Shown: in pieces, positions 11,369 to 22,800 of the stretch | How positions within the stretch are numbered: the first letter of the stretch is position 1 | Layout of the letters: every line of letters begins with the position of its first letter | Assembly: GCA_002269645.1 (NCBI GenBank) | Contig: NIVC01000555.1 | Location: 1 to 64,000, forward strand | Origin: Macrostomum lignano | Taxonomy: Eukaryota | Direction of reading: 5' to 3' | DNA: 64,000 bases | Position numbers and translations under genes: made by a program | Notes under the pieces: model-generated | Seen by the model: only the letters and a program-made list of their open reading frames with translations | The model's database searches: none | What the model was told of the DNA's origin: nothing

Positions 11369-11745
11369 AATCTAGCTCAGCCAATAAGAGAGCAGTAAGG
11401 AGAGAGGTTAAAGTTAGACGGACGAAACTCAGCCTAGAAGGCAGACGCAATCTAGCTCAGCCAATAAGAGAGCAGTAAGGAGAGAGGTTAAAGTTAGACG
11501 GACGAAACTCAGCCTAGAAGGTAGACGCAATCTAGCTCAGCCAATAAGAGAGCAGTAAGGAGAGAGGTTAAAGTTAGACGGACGAAACTCAGTCTAGAAG
11601 GCAGACGCAATCTAGCTCAGCCAATAAGAGAGCAGTAAGGAGAGAGGTTAAAGTTAGACGGACGAAACTCAGTCTAGAAGGCAGACGCAATCTAGCTCAG
11701 CCAATAAGAGAGCAATAAGGAGAGAGGTCAAAGTCAAACGGACAA
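11369..11745. repeat. 80-bp tandem repeat x~4.7
   Basis: TCTAGCTCAGCCAATAAG recurs at 11371, 11451, 11531, 11611 and 11691. Confidence 0.95.
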
Positions 11746-12679
11746 ATTTTTTAAACAATTCCGAGTCTGAAGCAGTCTGGAATGGGTAAAAATAGGATAA
11801 AAAGAAAAAATTAACTTGGTCTTGCTTGTGGAAAGCCGGAGGCAATTATCGCAAATTCAAAAACTTTAAACACAAATAACGCTAATTATACTACTGAAAA
11901 CAGCAGATTCGCGAGCGAATTTTTTGAATGGTATATCAAGCTATTCTGGTACCTGTGCTATTTACCTAGCTTAAAAATGAACAATCAGAAGGAAAATATA
12001 AGTTAATTAATGTACTGCCCTGTTTAAACGAAAACAACGCAAGCTTCAAAACTAGCAATAGACGCAAATTTGATTGTAGTTCGTATTTATTTGTTATTTT
12101 AACTTCAACTTAAACTGATCGCGCCCAACAGAAAGCGGCAGTCTACCACTAGATACTGGAAGCAAAAAACATTAGAAATAGCAAATAGGTTGGTAAACAG
12201 AAAAAGCAGTTCATATAAAGCCTTTGAAAATCCAAGGGTAGAACACGGAGATAGCTGAATATGTTTAATGAGAATAGACTATATATACTACTAATGAGTG
12301 CATAGGAAAAATAACGCCTAATGACAGCGAAAAGTAATGAAAAATACGTACTTTAAACTACTAACAGTTACAAGTAGCTAGTGTCGAATTTGCTGTCTAG
12401 AATTTAGGATTCTTTTTATGCAAAAAGAATGCAACGATAAATTCTAATATGAAAGAGACTTTGGATTTAAACATATACTTTGGAGCGCCACTTGTGATTG
12501 ATTAATATTTAGAACACGTTAAGACAGCCGTGCTGTTACCGGGATACTGCGACAGACATTGAATAGATAAATTAGAACCGAAAGGAAGTAATGACTGACT
12601 GCATAAGGAGAGTGGCTGAAAATAGACAAGTATAGAGACATGGCAAGAGATACAGAAGTGTATAGAAAGATACAGACAC

Positions 12680-13735
12680 ATAGAGGGAGACAGAGAGGGA
12701 GACAGAGAGGGAGACATAAGGGGAGACAGAGAGGGAGACAGAGAGGGAGACAGAGAGGGAGACAGAGAGGGAGACAGAGAGGGAGACAGAGAGGGAGACA
12801 TAAGGGGAGACAGAGAGGGAGACAGAGAGGGAGACAGAGAGGGAGACATAAGGGGAGACAGAGAGGGAGACATAAGGGGAGACAGAGAGGGAGACAGAGA
12901 GGGAGACATAAGGGGAGACAGAGAGGGAGACAGAGAGGGAGACAGAGAGGGAGACAGAGAGGGAGACAGAGAGGGAGACAGAGAGGGAGACAGAGAGGGA
13001 GACAAAGAGACAGAGAAGGAGACAGAGAGGGAGACAGAGAGGGAGACAGAGGGAGACAGAGAGGGAGACAGAGGGAGACAGAGAGGGAGACAGAGGGAGA
13101 CAGAGAGGGAGACAGAGAGGCAGACAGAGAGGAGACAGAGAGGGAGACAGAGAGGGAGACAGAGAGGGGGACAGAGAGGGAGACAGAGAGGGAGACAGAG
13201 GGAGACAGAGAGGGAGACAGAGAGGGAGACAGAGAGGGAGACAGAGAGGGAGACAGAGAGGGAGACAGAGAGGGAGACAGAGAGGGAGACAGAGGGAGAC
13301 AGAGAGGGAGACAGAGAGGGAGACAGAGAGGGAGACAGAGAGGGAGACAGAGAGGGAGACAGAGAGGGAGACAGAGAGGGAGACAGAGAGGGAGACAGAG
13401 AGGGAGACAGAGAGGGAGACAGAGAGGGAGACAGAGAGGGAGACAGAGAGGGAGACAGAGAGGGAGACAGAGAGGGAGACAGAGAGGGAGACAGAGAGGG
13501 AGACAGAGAGGGAGACAGAGAGGGAGACAGAGAGGGAGACAGAGAGGGAGACAGAGAGGGAGACAGAGAGGGAGACAGAGAGGGAGACAGAGGGAGACAG
13601 AGAGGGAGACAGAGAGGGAGACAGAGGGAGACAGAGAGGGAGACAGAGAGGGAGACAGAGAGGGAGACAGAGAGGGAGACAGAGGGAGACAGAGAGGGAG
13701 ACAGAGAGGGAGACAGAGGGAGAAGCAGAGAGAAA
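12680..13735. repeat. Purine-rich (GAGGGAGACAGA)n 12-bp array
   Basis: Direct inspection; includes 10-bp and ACATAAGG variants. Confidence 0.95.
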
Positions 13736-13844
13736 GGCAGAGTCAGAGGTGCTGAGTGTAGGAACGTGAACAGTGATAAACTGCCAAGTTACAAAACGCG
13801 GAGACTCAGCCGACTCAAGTGCCTAGCAAGCCAGCAAGCGGTTG

Positions 13845-15676
13845 TCACATTTCCTCCACACTAACCGAGCGTTGGAATTCCGGCTTGACGCGGAACGCGG
13901 GCCCATGGCCGGGCACCACCGCCTGCGACTTGTGCAGAATTCGCTTGCGCTGGTCGGTCTGCACCTCCGAGTTGGCTGACCGGCTCATCCACTGGGCGTC
14001 GCCGTCGGCATTGAAGTCGGCCTCGGATTCGAACAGGTCGCCCGCCACGGCCACCTGCGGGAATGGCGTTGCGAAGGGGAATTGCTCAGGTGGCTATAAG
14101 GAGTCAGAGGGGAAACGCTCAGGTGGCTATAGAGGGGAATCGCTTAGGTGGCTATAAGGAGTCAGAGGGGAAACGCTCAGGTGGCTATAGAGGGGAATCG
14201 CTTAGGTGGCTATAAGGAGTCAGAGGGGAAACGCTCAGGTGGCTATAGAGGGGAATCGCTTAGGTGGCTATAAGGAGTCAGAGGGGAATCGCTCAGGTGG
14301 CTATAAGGAGTCAGAGGGGAATCGCTCAGGTGGCTATAAGGAGTCAGAGGGGAATCGCTCAGGTGGCTATAATGAGTCAGAGGGGAATTGCTCAGGTGGC
14401 TATAAGAAGTCAGAGGGAAATTTCAGAGGTGGCTATAAGGAGTCAGAGGAGAATTGCTCAGGTGGCTATAAGGAGTCAGAGGGGAATCGCTCAGGTGGCT
14501 ATAAGGAGTCAGAGGGGAATCGCTCAGGTGGCTATAATGAGTCAGAGGGGAATCGCTCAGGTGGCTATAATGAGTCAGAGGGGAATTGCTCAGGTGGCTA
14601 TAAGAAGTCAGAGGGAAATTTCAGAGGTGGCTATAAGGAGTCAGAGGAGAATTGCTCAGGTGGCTATAAGAAGTCAGAGGGAAATTTCAGAGGTGGCTAT
14701 AAGGAGTCAGAGGGGAATCGCACAGGTGGCTATAAGGAATCAGAGGGGAATCGCTCAGGTGGCTATAAGGAGTCAGAGGGGAATTGCTCAGGTGGCTATA
14801 ATGAGTCAGAGGGGAATTGCTCAGGTGGCTATAAGAAGTCAGAGGGAAATTTCAGAGGTGGCTATAAGGAGTCAGAGGAGAATTGCTCAGGTGGCTATAA
14901 GAAGTCAGAGGGAAATTTCAGAGGTGGCTATAAGGAGTCAGAGGGGAATCGCACAGGTGGCTATAAGGAATCAGAGGGGAATCGCTCAGGTGGCTATAAG
15001 GAGTCAGAGGGGAATCGCTCAGGTGGCTATAGAGGGGAATCACTCAGGTGGCTATAAGGAGTCAGAACGGAATTGTTCAGAAAACAAGGCAACTTATTAG
15101 AAGTAGCCATGACAGATAGCAGAAATATGTAAAGAAAAGCCTGTGTTGATATGAACTACATGACTAGGCGATCAAAACAGATTGAAAAAATAAACACCTA
15201 TAATTTCCTACCGTTATCTCGGACTCTCCCTCAGCCTTCATGGCCTCAAACAGCGGCCCCGAACTGGTCCTAACCAGCACGGTGACATCGTCGGACGAGT
15301 GTCCCGGCGTGTGTACAATCCGGACAAACTCGTCCAACTCGTAGGCGATGCCGGACCGAAAATCGTGGGCCAGAAATCGATCAGGAGATTGAGCAATATC
15401 GCAGCCGACAATCATGAGTTTGTTAGGACAGCCGGTTGAGAACATGGCCAGATTGCCGATGTGATCCACGTGACCGTGCGTGCAGATCACCATGCTGATG
15501 CTGGAGGCTGAGAGGCCGCGAGCAGTCAGCAAGTTGGTTAGCAGGTCGGCCTCCCAGGGACCGCCAGTGTCGATGAGGATGTGCTGGTTGGCTCCGCTAA
15601 CCAGGGTGATGGTGCAGGCGCTGCGCTCGTCTGAGCTGTAGCCAGCTCTGAGCACCTCGACTGAGTATGGCGAGGC
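13845..15676 (-). CDS. MBLAC1: Metallo-beta-lactamase domain-containing protein 1; exons 15676-15212 and 14054-13845; start codon not located
   Basis: Motifs LIDTG, THGHVDHIGN, TPGHS, VAGDLFE and VVPGHGPAF. A phase-0 GT..AG intron (15211-14055) joins EIT|VAVAGD. Confidence 0.88.
14075..15065. repeat. 33-bp intronic minisatellite (MBLAC1 intron)
   Basis: GGTGGCTATAAGGAGTCAGAGGGGAATCGCTCA x~28, plus 25-bp variants. Confidence 0.95.
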
Positions 15677-17134
15677 CTGGAATCAGTTTTTGGTGTGATC
15701 AGGTTTGTTCTTGGTGATGATGCTCATGAGTCATGGTTATGATCAGACTAGCTCATGTTAAGCATGCTCAAAGTGTTAATGCTTATTATGATCAGGTTTA
15801 TTTATTCAATATATTATTAGACTTTAAGCACAAAAATAAGGTCTAGAATGCATATATAAATATACTATTTTTGAATTCAATTGAATAAGAAATTTAAAAT
15901 AGATTACTAAACTTTTTTTAAATATTTTGACTAAAAATATCTATTTATTTTATTTAAAGGTTATTTAAAGTTATTTGACATAAAAATTGATAAAAAAGAA
16001 ATACATGTTTTTCAATATCATTTCAAAATTCAATATACATAGTTAGAAATTGCATATATATTAAATACCAATGTCAAGAATGCTAATGTACCTTTGCAAT
16101 AAAAACTCAGATAGGTATACATTTTTCCTGATAACAATAAATAATGAAATAAGAGAATAAATATTCACAAAAATTTTAGAGAGAGCTTTTGTATACAAAT
16201 CAATATTCTATTTAATATTTGCTGGTTTTGAATATAAAACGCATCAATTAAAATGCTTCTATCATCTGGTAAAAAGTGCCTGCACTAAATATAGGCTAGA
16301 CATAGACCTATATTGTAACCAGATAAAAAGTAGCCGCATTAATAAAGTAAAAAAGAATGCAAATACACAAATATATATTTTTTGAAATTAGCAATCTGAC
16401 GAAGGCTCACATTTCACAAATTGTGTGCTAATACCAATACCAACACAATGTATAATGATAGCTAAGTCTAGTCTAGGCCTAGCCGCCTATAGTCAAACTG
16501 ATGTAGCAAAACTACCCCGATGCATTGCCCTGGGTTAAGAGTAAAGAGTAAAGACATATATAAATACTGTGCGAGAGTTTTCTAGAACTTTCTAGAATTT
16601 TTTCTTAGAATTTTCTAATTTAAAAAAATCAACCCATTGGTATCGCGTATCGGTATCACTTAGGATTAACCCCTAGTGAAGTCTTAAAAACGTATAGGAG
16701 CTTTACATCCATACATACTTGCAAATACTGGATAGCTTAGCTATTTTAGAGTATGTCGATAGTTGTTTAAATACGTCCAATCATCTGGTTTTACAGACAA
16801 TTTTTAAACAACAAAAATTTTATTGTCGGTCAGACATGCAACAACATGCAACATGCAGCCGCAGGCAGGCAGGCAGGCAGGCAGGCAGGGACAGGCAGAC
16901 ACCTCGACTGGCGCTTTATGTAATATGTACGCATTGTTGTGTCAACAAGTAAATTCTCTAAGCACTCTAGTCTCTCTGCTTTTCAACAAGCTTTAATAAA
17001 GGTGCAGGCTCTAGCTAGTGATGCTAAGCTACCTAAGAGGCTAAGCCTAAGTGTAGACATAGACTTACCCCAAACAAAAAGTAGTTTAAGTAGGAGGCAC
17101 GCAACTGTAATGTAAGTGCAAGTCACATTATTCG

Positions 17135-19097
17135 CTGCAAATGCCATTCTAAGTTTCATTAGTTTAATTTTGATGACATTTTAGTTTAGCTATTACTATT
17201 AGGTCTAAATTAGGAGTATTGCCTTTTGTCATTTTGAACTGCTTATTAGGCCTCACAGGCAACACATACAAATATACAGTGGCAGATTCAGGATTTTTAA
17301 AGTAGGGGGGGGGGGGCAGTCATAGGCAGATTGACCCAGAATAAGCTCTAAATATTCCAAAAATTGCAATACTCCCCCTTTATACAATTATATGCAAGTT
17401 GCAAGTTTAGCCATGGCAAAAGAGGGGGGAGGTGGCTGCCTCCCTTGCCCCCCCTCTGGATCTACCATTGCCAATCTATTTTGTAATAAATATACAATAG
17501 CCCAGGCCTAGCACTAGCAGATTGCACATTGCACAACTTATAGTTTTAAGTATAATCTCAAAAATTTATGATACAGTACTGTAGCCTAGCATTATAGGCC
17601 CTATAGGCCCTATATTTATTATATTGAAGAAATCCTTAAGGCCTATTTATGTAAAATATAAGTTGCAAGACTTAAGATCAAGAATAAAAGCTTTTTAGGA
17701 CCTTAGGCCTAGTGTAATATAAAGCCCTAGGGCCTAGCTAGGTATCCATAACTATAAGGCTACAGGGTTAGTATTTAAAAATGGCAGTTGTTAGGCCTAT
17801 TATTTGTCTAGGCTTATATATTTTGACCAATTAAATAGTTAATTTATTGTTATATTATAATTAACATGTAAAACAAATATTAGGCCCTATAATTGTATAA
17901 AGTATAATATTGACTTTAAAGATATTTCATTGTTATGTTATATTATATTCAAGTTATAACTCATATAGGCCTAACCTAAGCCTTAAGATTGATAACAATG
18001 ATCCTTAAAAGTTAGTACTAGGCCCCTATCATATCAATGTATTTAAATAAGTTTTTTATTTTTTATTGCTACAAGTACAATATACTTATAGATGCTAATA
18101 ATAAACTTATCAGATTTTTGTTATCAACTAGCCTAGCTTATATGGTATATTTGTTAAATAGTAAAAGTAAATTGGCAAATATTTTATAATATACTATTTG
18201 GTTGAAAAGTGCAAGGCTTCAATGAAGCTTTTATATTTTATTATTATAACAAGGGCCTCCTATCTACATCTTAATATGAGGAGGTGCCTATATATATATA
18301 CTATGAGGCTAAGTATAGATATAGACAATATATATATATATACTGTTTAATGGTATATGTTGCATATTGCTATCAATTGAATGTTGAGTATTTATTTACA
18401 ATCTTTATTATACTTATTTCTATAGCAAAGCAAATCACTTCAATAGAATTATCTTTTATAGGAATAGCAATAGTAATAAGATATTAAGGTATATTTCTTA
18501 TGGTTTAGGAATGCTAAATGGTTTCTTTTTTATAATTGAAGAATTAGATCTTTAAGCATTCTCTTTAGTGGTTATTGCTTCACTAGATAGTGAATCTTCC
18601 TTAGGAGGTCTTGCATTATCATATGCATCTATTATTGCATGAACTTCAAGCTTTTATCTATCTATTATTGCTATTGTTGCATATTGTACATGTCTTTCTC
18701 CATATTTTGCATTTGCTATTACAAAGTAAACTGTAAAGCACTAATGTTTAGACTTTCCAGTTTGTCAAGTTTCAAAAAATGCTACCAGATTGCATATACT
18801 AAAGTTCCTGAGCCATCCTATACTAGGAACTAATAGAGTGTTTAAAAATTGCAAAATAGAGAAAAATGATATTTTGAACTAAAAAAAGCCAAGACAAGTA
18901 GGTACTACAAGTATGAAAAGTGCAACTTTATAATTGTAAAGCAAATGATAATGTATACATAGGTGCACTTATAACTGCACTTATATTTTAAGACAAACAC
19001 CAAGTACTAGTCATAAGCAAGTAAGAGGATACTAACCAGTTAGATTTCTAAGTAAAAAACCTTAGAATGGCCTTTGATTCCATAGTAGTTGCCTTAT
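17135..19097. other. CpG-free, TpA-rich tract
   Basis: No CG dinucleotide seen between 17135 and 19097, and only two more up to 19720. CTAG, TAGGCC and TATA are abundant. Confidence 0.8.
17277..17470. mobile_element. Short MITE-like element with transition-eroded TIRs
   Basis: CAGTGGCAGATTCAGG ... TCTGGATCTACCATTG: a 16-bp inverted repeat with 4 mismatches, all transitions. Internal G- and C-runs. Confidence 0.65.
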
Positions 19098-19876
19098 CGA
19101 CACTAACACAAAATAGACTTGAGCAAAAGAATATGGATATTATATAAATGATTAAAAGAAACAACATATGAATGCAAGTATTTTGTAGGCTACACAAGAA
19201 TATTTCAAGGAGTATATAGGACTAATTAGTTAATTATTAATTAGCAAAAGGAAGATTCATTTTGTGGCCTACATATGTTTAGAGTATTCTATATATTATA
19301 TTCTAGAAAGGTATGTACTATTACATATATTTACCTTATTGATATATATTGGCCTTTTCCTTTTTATGGAAGATATCAGGATTGCCACAATAAAAGTAGG
19401 TATTTTTGGATTCTATTTTGTAGTGTAGCTGCTTATAAACATAAACATGTCTTGATACGCTGTCTTATAACAAAGAAATTTGTATTGCTATCCTGTCCTT
19501 CCTCTACTTTTTCAGTTTTACTTGGGTCTTTGCCTTTTGTCACAAAAGAAATCCTGCATTTTGAATATTAAATTAATAGTAATTTCTTCTCTTATTGTAG
19601 AAAAGTTTATATGCCTATCATAAATCCTAGTACAAAAATTTTCAATCAATAATTTTAATGGAATGTCAAACATTGCTTAAATATTGATTTTTCATGCTTT
19701 GCACCTTCTCTGACTTTAATCGATTGCAATAGCAGGCTTTGCCAACAGTTTCTCTTAAACTTTCTCTTTTGCAAGAGAAGAAAGTTGCCATCAAATCAGT
19801 GTTATAAGTTCGCTACTGCTGTAGGGATACAGAATCTCAAATCCTGTGTAGAAGTCACGTGAACTATTCGCACATC

Positions 19877-22800
19877 ATGGAGAATGGATGCTTAAATGGC
19901 GTTACCAATGGCAACAGCGGTAACCATGCAGCATCAACTGCCGAAGCTGCCGCTGCCGCTGCGGCTTCTGCCGTGTCGCCACCGCTGAATGAGCGCAGCC
20001 TGGAGACTGTGCGCCTCATCGGGCAGTTTCTTCGCGAGCTGGGCCTCGCGCACAGTGTTGATGCCCTCGTGCAGGAGAGCGGCTGCGCTCTGGAGAACAG
20101 CGCCGCTGCTAGCTTTCGCAGGCACGTTGCCAATGGCGACTGGGACGCGGCTGAGGAGTGCATGCAGTCGCTGCAGGTGAACCTCTCATCATATTGAGAC
20201 TGCTTTTTGTTTGAGTAGAAACTGCTGGATATTCCTATATTTAAAGCCAGAAATCTCATTCTCAAAACTGTAAATCCCCATTCTGGAAACCAAGAAATCC
20301 CCATTCCGAAACCAAGAAATCCCTTTTCCGAAACCAAGAAATCCCTATTCCGAAAACACAAAAATCCCCATTCGAAAACCAATAAATCCCCATTGCAAAA
20401 CCAATAAATCCCCATTCCAAAACCGATAAATCCCAATTGCAAAACCAATAAATCCCAATTGCAAAACCAATAAATCTCCATTGCAAAAGCCAAGAAATCC
20501 CCATTTCGAATATCCCCATTCTGAAACCAAGAAATTCCCATTCCGAAAACCCGAAAATCCACATTCCAAAACCAAGAAATCCCAATTGCAAAACCCAGAA
20601 ATCTCCATTTCAAAACCAAGAAATCCCCATTCCGAAACCTTGAAAAACTATTCCGAAAATCTAAAAATCCCCATCCCGAAAACCAAAAAATCCCCATCCC
20701 GAAAACCAAAAAATCCCCATTCCGAAACTAAGAAATCCCCATTCCGAAACCAAGAAATCCCCATTCCAGAAACCAAGAAATCCTCATTCCGAAACTAAGA
20801 AATCCCCATTCCAAAACTAAGAAATCCCCATTGCAAAAAGCAATCCTTATTCTGTAAACCAAAGAAATCCCCATTGCAACACCAAGAGCCATTTGACAAT
20901 CGCCAATCCCTTCAGTCGCTGGTAACCGAAGCATCCTCGGCAACGGAGATCGCATTCCGCCTATGCGAGCAGCGCTACATGGAGCTGCTTGAAGCCGGCG
21001 ACTACATGGGCGCTTTGAATGTACTGCGCAACCGGCTGACTCCGCTGAAGTTCAACACCGGCCGAGTGCACGAGCTCAGCACTTATATCATGTGCAGCGA
21101 TGCCGAAGAGTTGCACAGGATTAGCGGCTGGCCCGGCTCCCTTGGCGGTGAGTTGACACTGTTGACACTGGCTTGATGATAATTGAATATTTTATCGTAG
21201 TTTAACTACTGTTAGTAGATCAATCCGCACATTCAGTGGGCTGCTGATCTATCCGGCCTTTTAGAAAACCGCTTTGTCTATCCGCCCCCTTTTTAGAGGG
21301 CCACTATCCACCCCAATTTTTAGAGGGGCGCTATTTGCCCCTACTCTTTAGAGGGCCACGATCCGCCTTCTCTCTTTTAGAGGGCCGGTATCCGCCTCTC
21401 TTTTAGAGGGTCGCTATCCGCCCCGTCTCTTTTAGAGGGCCGGTATCCACCCCGTCTCTTTTAGAGGGCCGGTATCCACCCCGTCTCTTTTAGAGGGCCG
21501 CTATCCACCCCGTCTCTTTTAGAGGGCCGGTATCCGCCTCTCTTTTAGAGGGTCGCTATCCGCCCCGTCTCTTTTAGAGGGCCGGTATCCACCCCGTCTC
21601 TTTTAGAGGGCCGGTATCCACCCCGTCTCTTTTAGAGGGCCGGTATCCACCACTCATTTTCGGAGGTCCGCTGTCTACCCCTCCATTTAATCGCCTTCTA
21701 TTCCTTTTTTAAATGTGTTTACCTGTTGAAGCCATTCTCTAACATGTCATTTTTGTCAAGCAGTTATTACCGGCTACTATTTAAAGTGAATAGTATTTAA
21801 CTCAGCCCTGTGCCAACCAACTATCAAGGCACTCGCGAGGCCCTACTAGACCAACTGCAGCAGTTCTTCCCCCCGGCTGTGATGCTGCCTCCCAGGCGAC
21901 TTCTGTCACTGTTAGATGAAGCTGTGCAGTACCAGCTGGCCAAGTGTCGCTATCACAACACCGACCTGCCCGTTGCCGAGGTGTCGCTACTGGCTGATCA
22001 TGCCTGCAGCAGGGACAGCGCCGAGTTCCCAGCCAGATGTGGCCAGGTGAGAGAGCGGATATCATTGCAGACTGGCTTCTGAGATTGGGCTACCTGTCCA
22101 CAGAGACTGGGGGCTACCTGTCCACAGAGACTGGGGCTACCTGTCCACAGAGACTGGGGCTACCTGTCCACAGAGACTTGGGCTACCTGTCCACAGAGAC
22201 TTGGGGCTACCTGTCCACAGAGACTGGGGCTACCTGTCCACAGAGACTGGGGGTTACCTGTCCACAGAGACTGGGGCTACCTGTCCACAGAGACTTGGGG
22301 CTACCTGTCCACAGAGACTGGGGGTTACCTGTCCACAGAGACTGGGGCTACCTGTCCACAGAGACTGGGGCTACCTGTCCACAGAGACTGGGGGTTACCT
22401 GTCCACAGAGACTGGGGCTACCTGTCCACAGAGACTGGGGCTACCTGTCCACAGAGACTGGGGGTTACCTGTCCACAGAGACTGGGGGTTACCTGTCCAC
22501 AGAGACTGGGCTACCTGTCCACAGAGACTGGGGCTACCTGTCCACAGAGACTTGGGGCTACCTGTCCACAGAGACTGGGACTACCTGTCCACAGAGACTG
22601 GGCTACCTGTCCACAGAGACTGGGGCTACCTGTCCACAGACACATCAGAGACTAAAGTCTACCTGTCCTCAGACACCCCAGAGACTGAGGGCTTCCTGTC
22701 CTCAGACATCTCATAGACTGGTGGCTTCCTGTCCTCAGACATTTCAGAGACTGGGGCTACCTGTCCTCAGACACCTCAGAGACTGGCCTGTCCTCAGACA

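Noticed and set aside
12502-13755. RGRQ / SPSL repeat ORFs
   Set aside because: Stop-free reading of a 12-bp purine microsatellite; no coding evidence.
14206-15100. GGYKESEGNRS / VAIRSQRGIAQ repeat proteins
   Set aside because: 33-bp intronic minisatellite antisense to MBLAC1.
17060-17150. Possible first coding exon of MBLAC1 (MAFAANNV...GTAAGT donor)
   Set aside because: It ends in phase 1, whereas the downstream exon needs phase 0.
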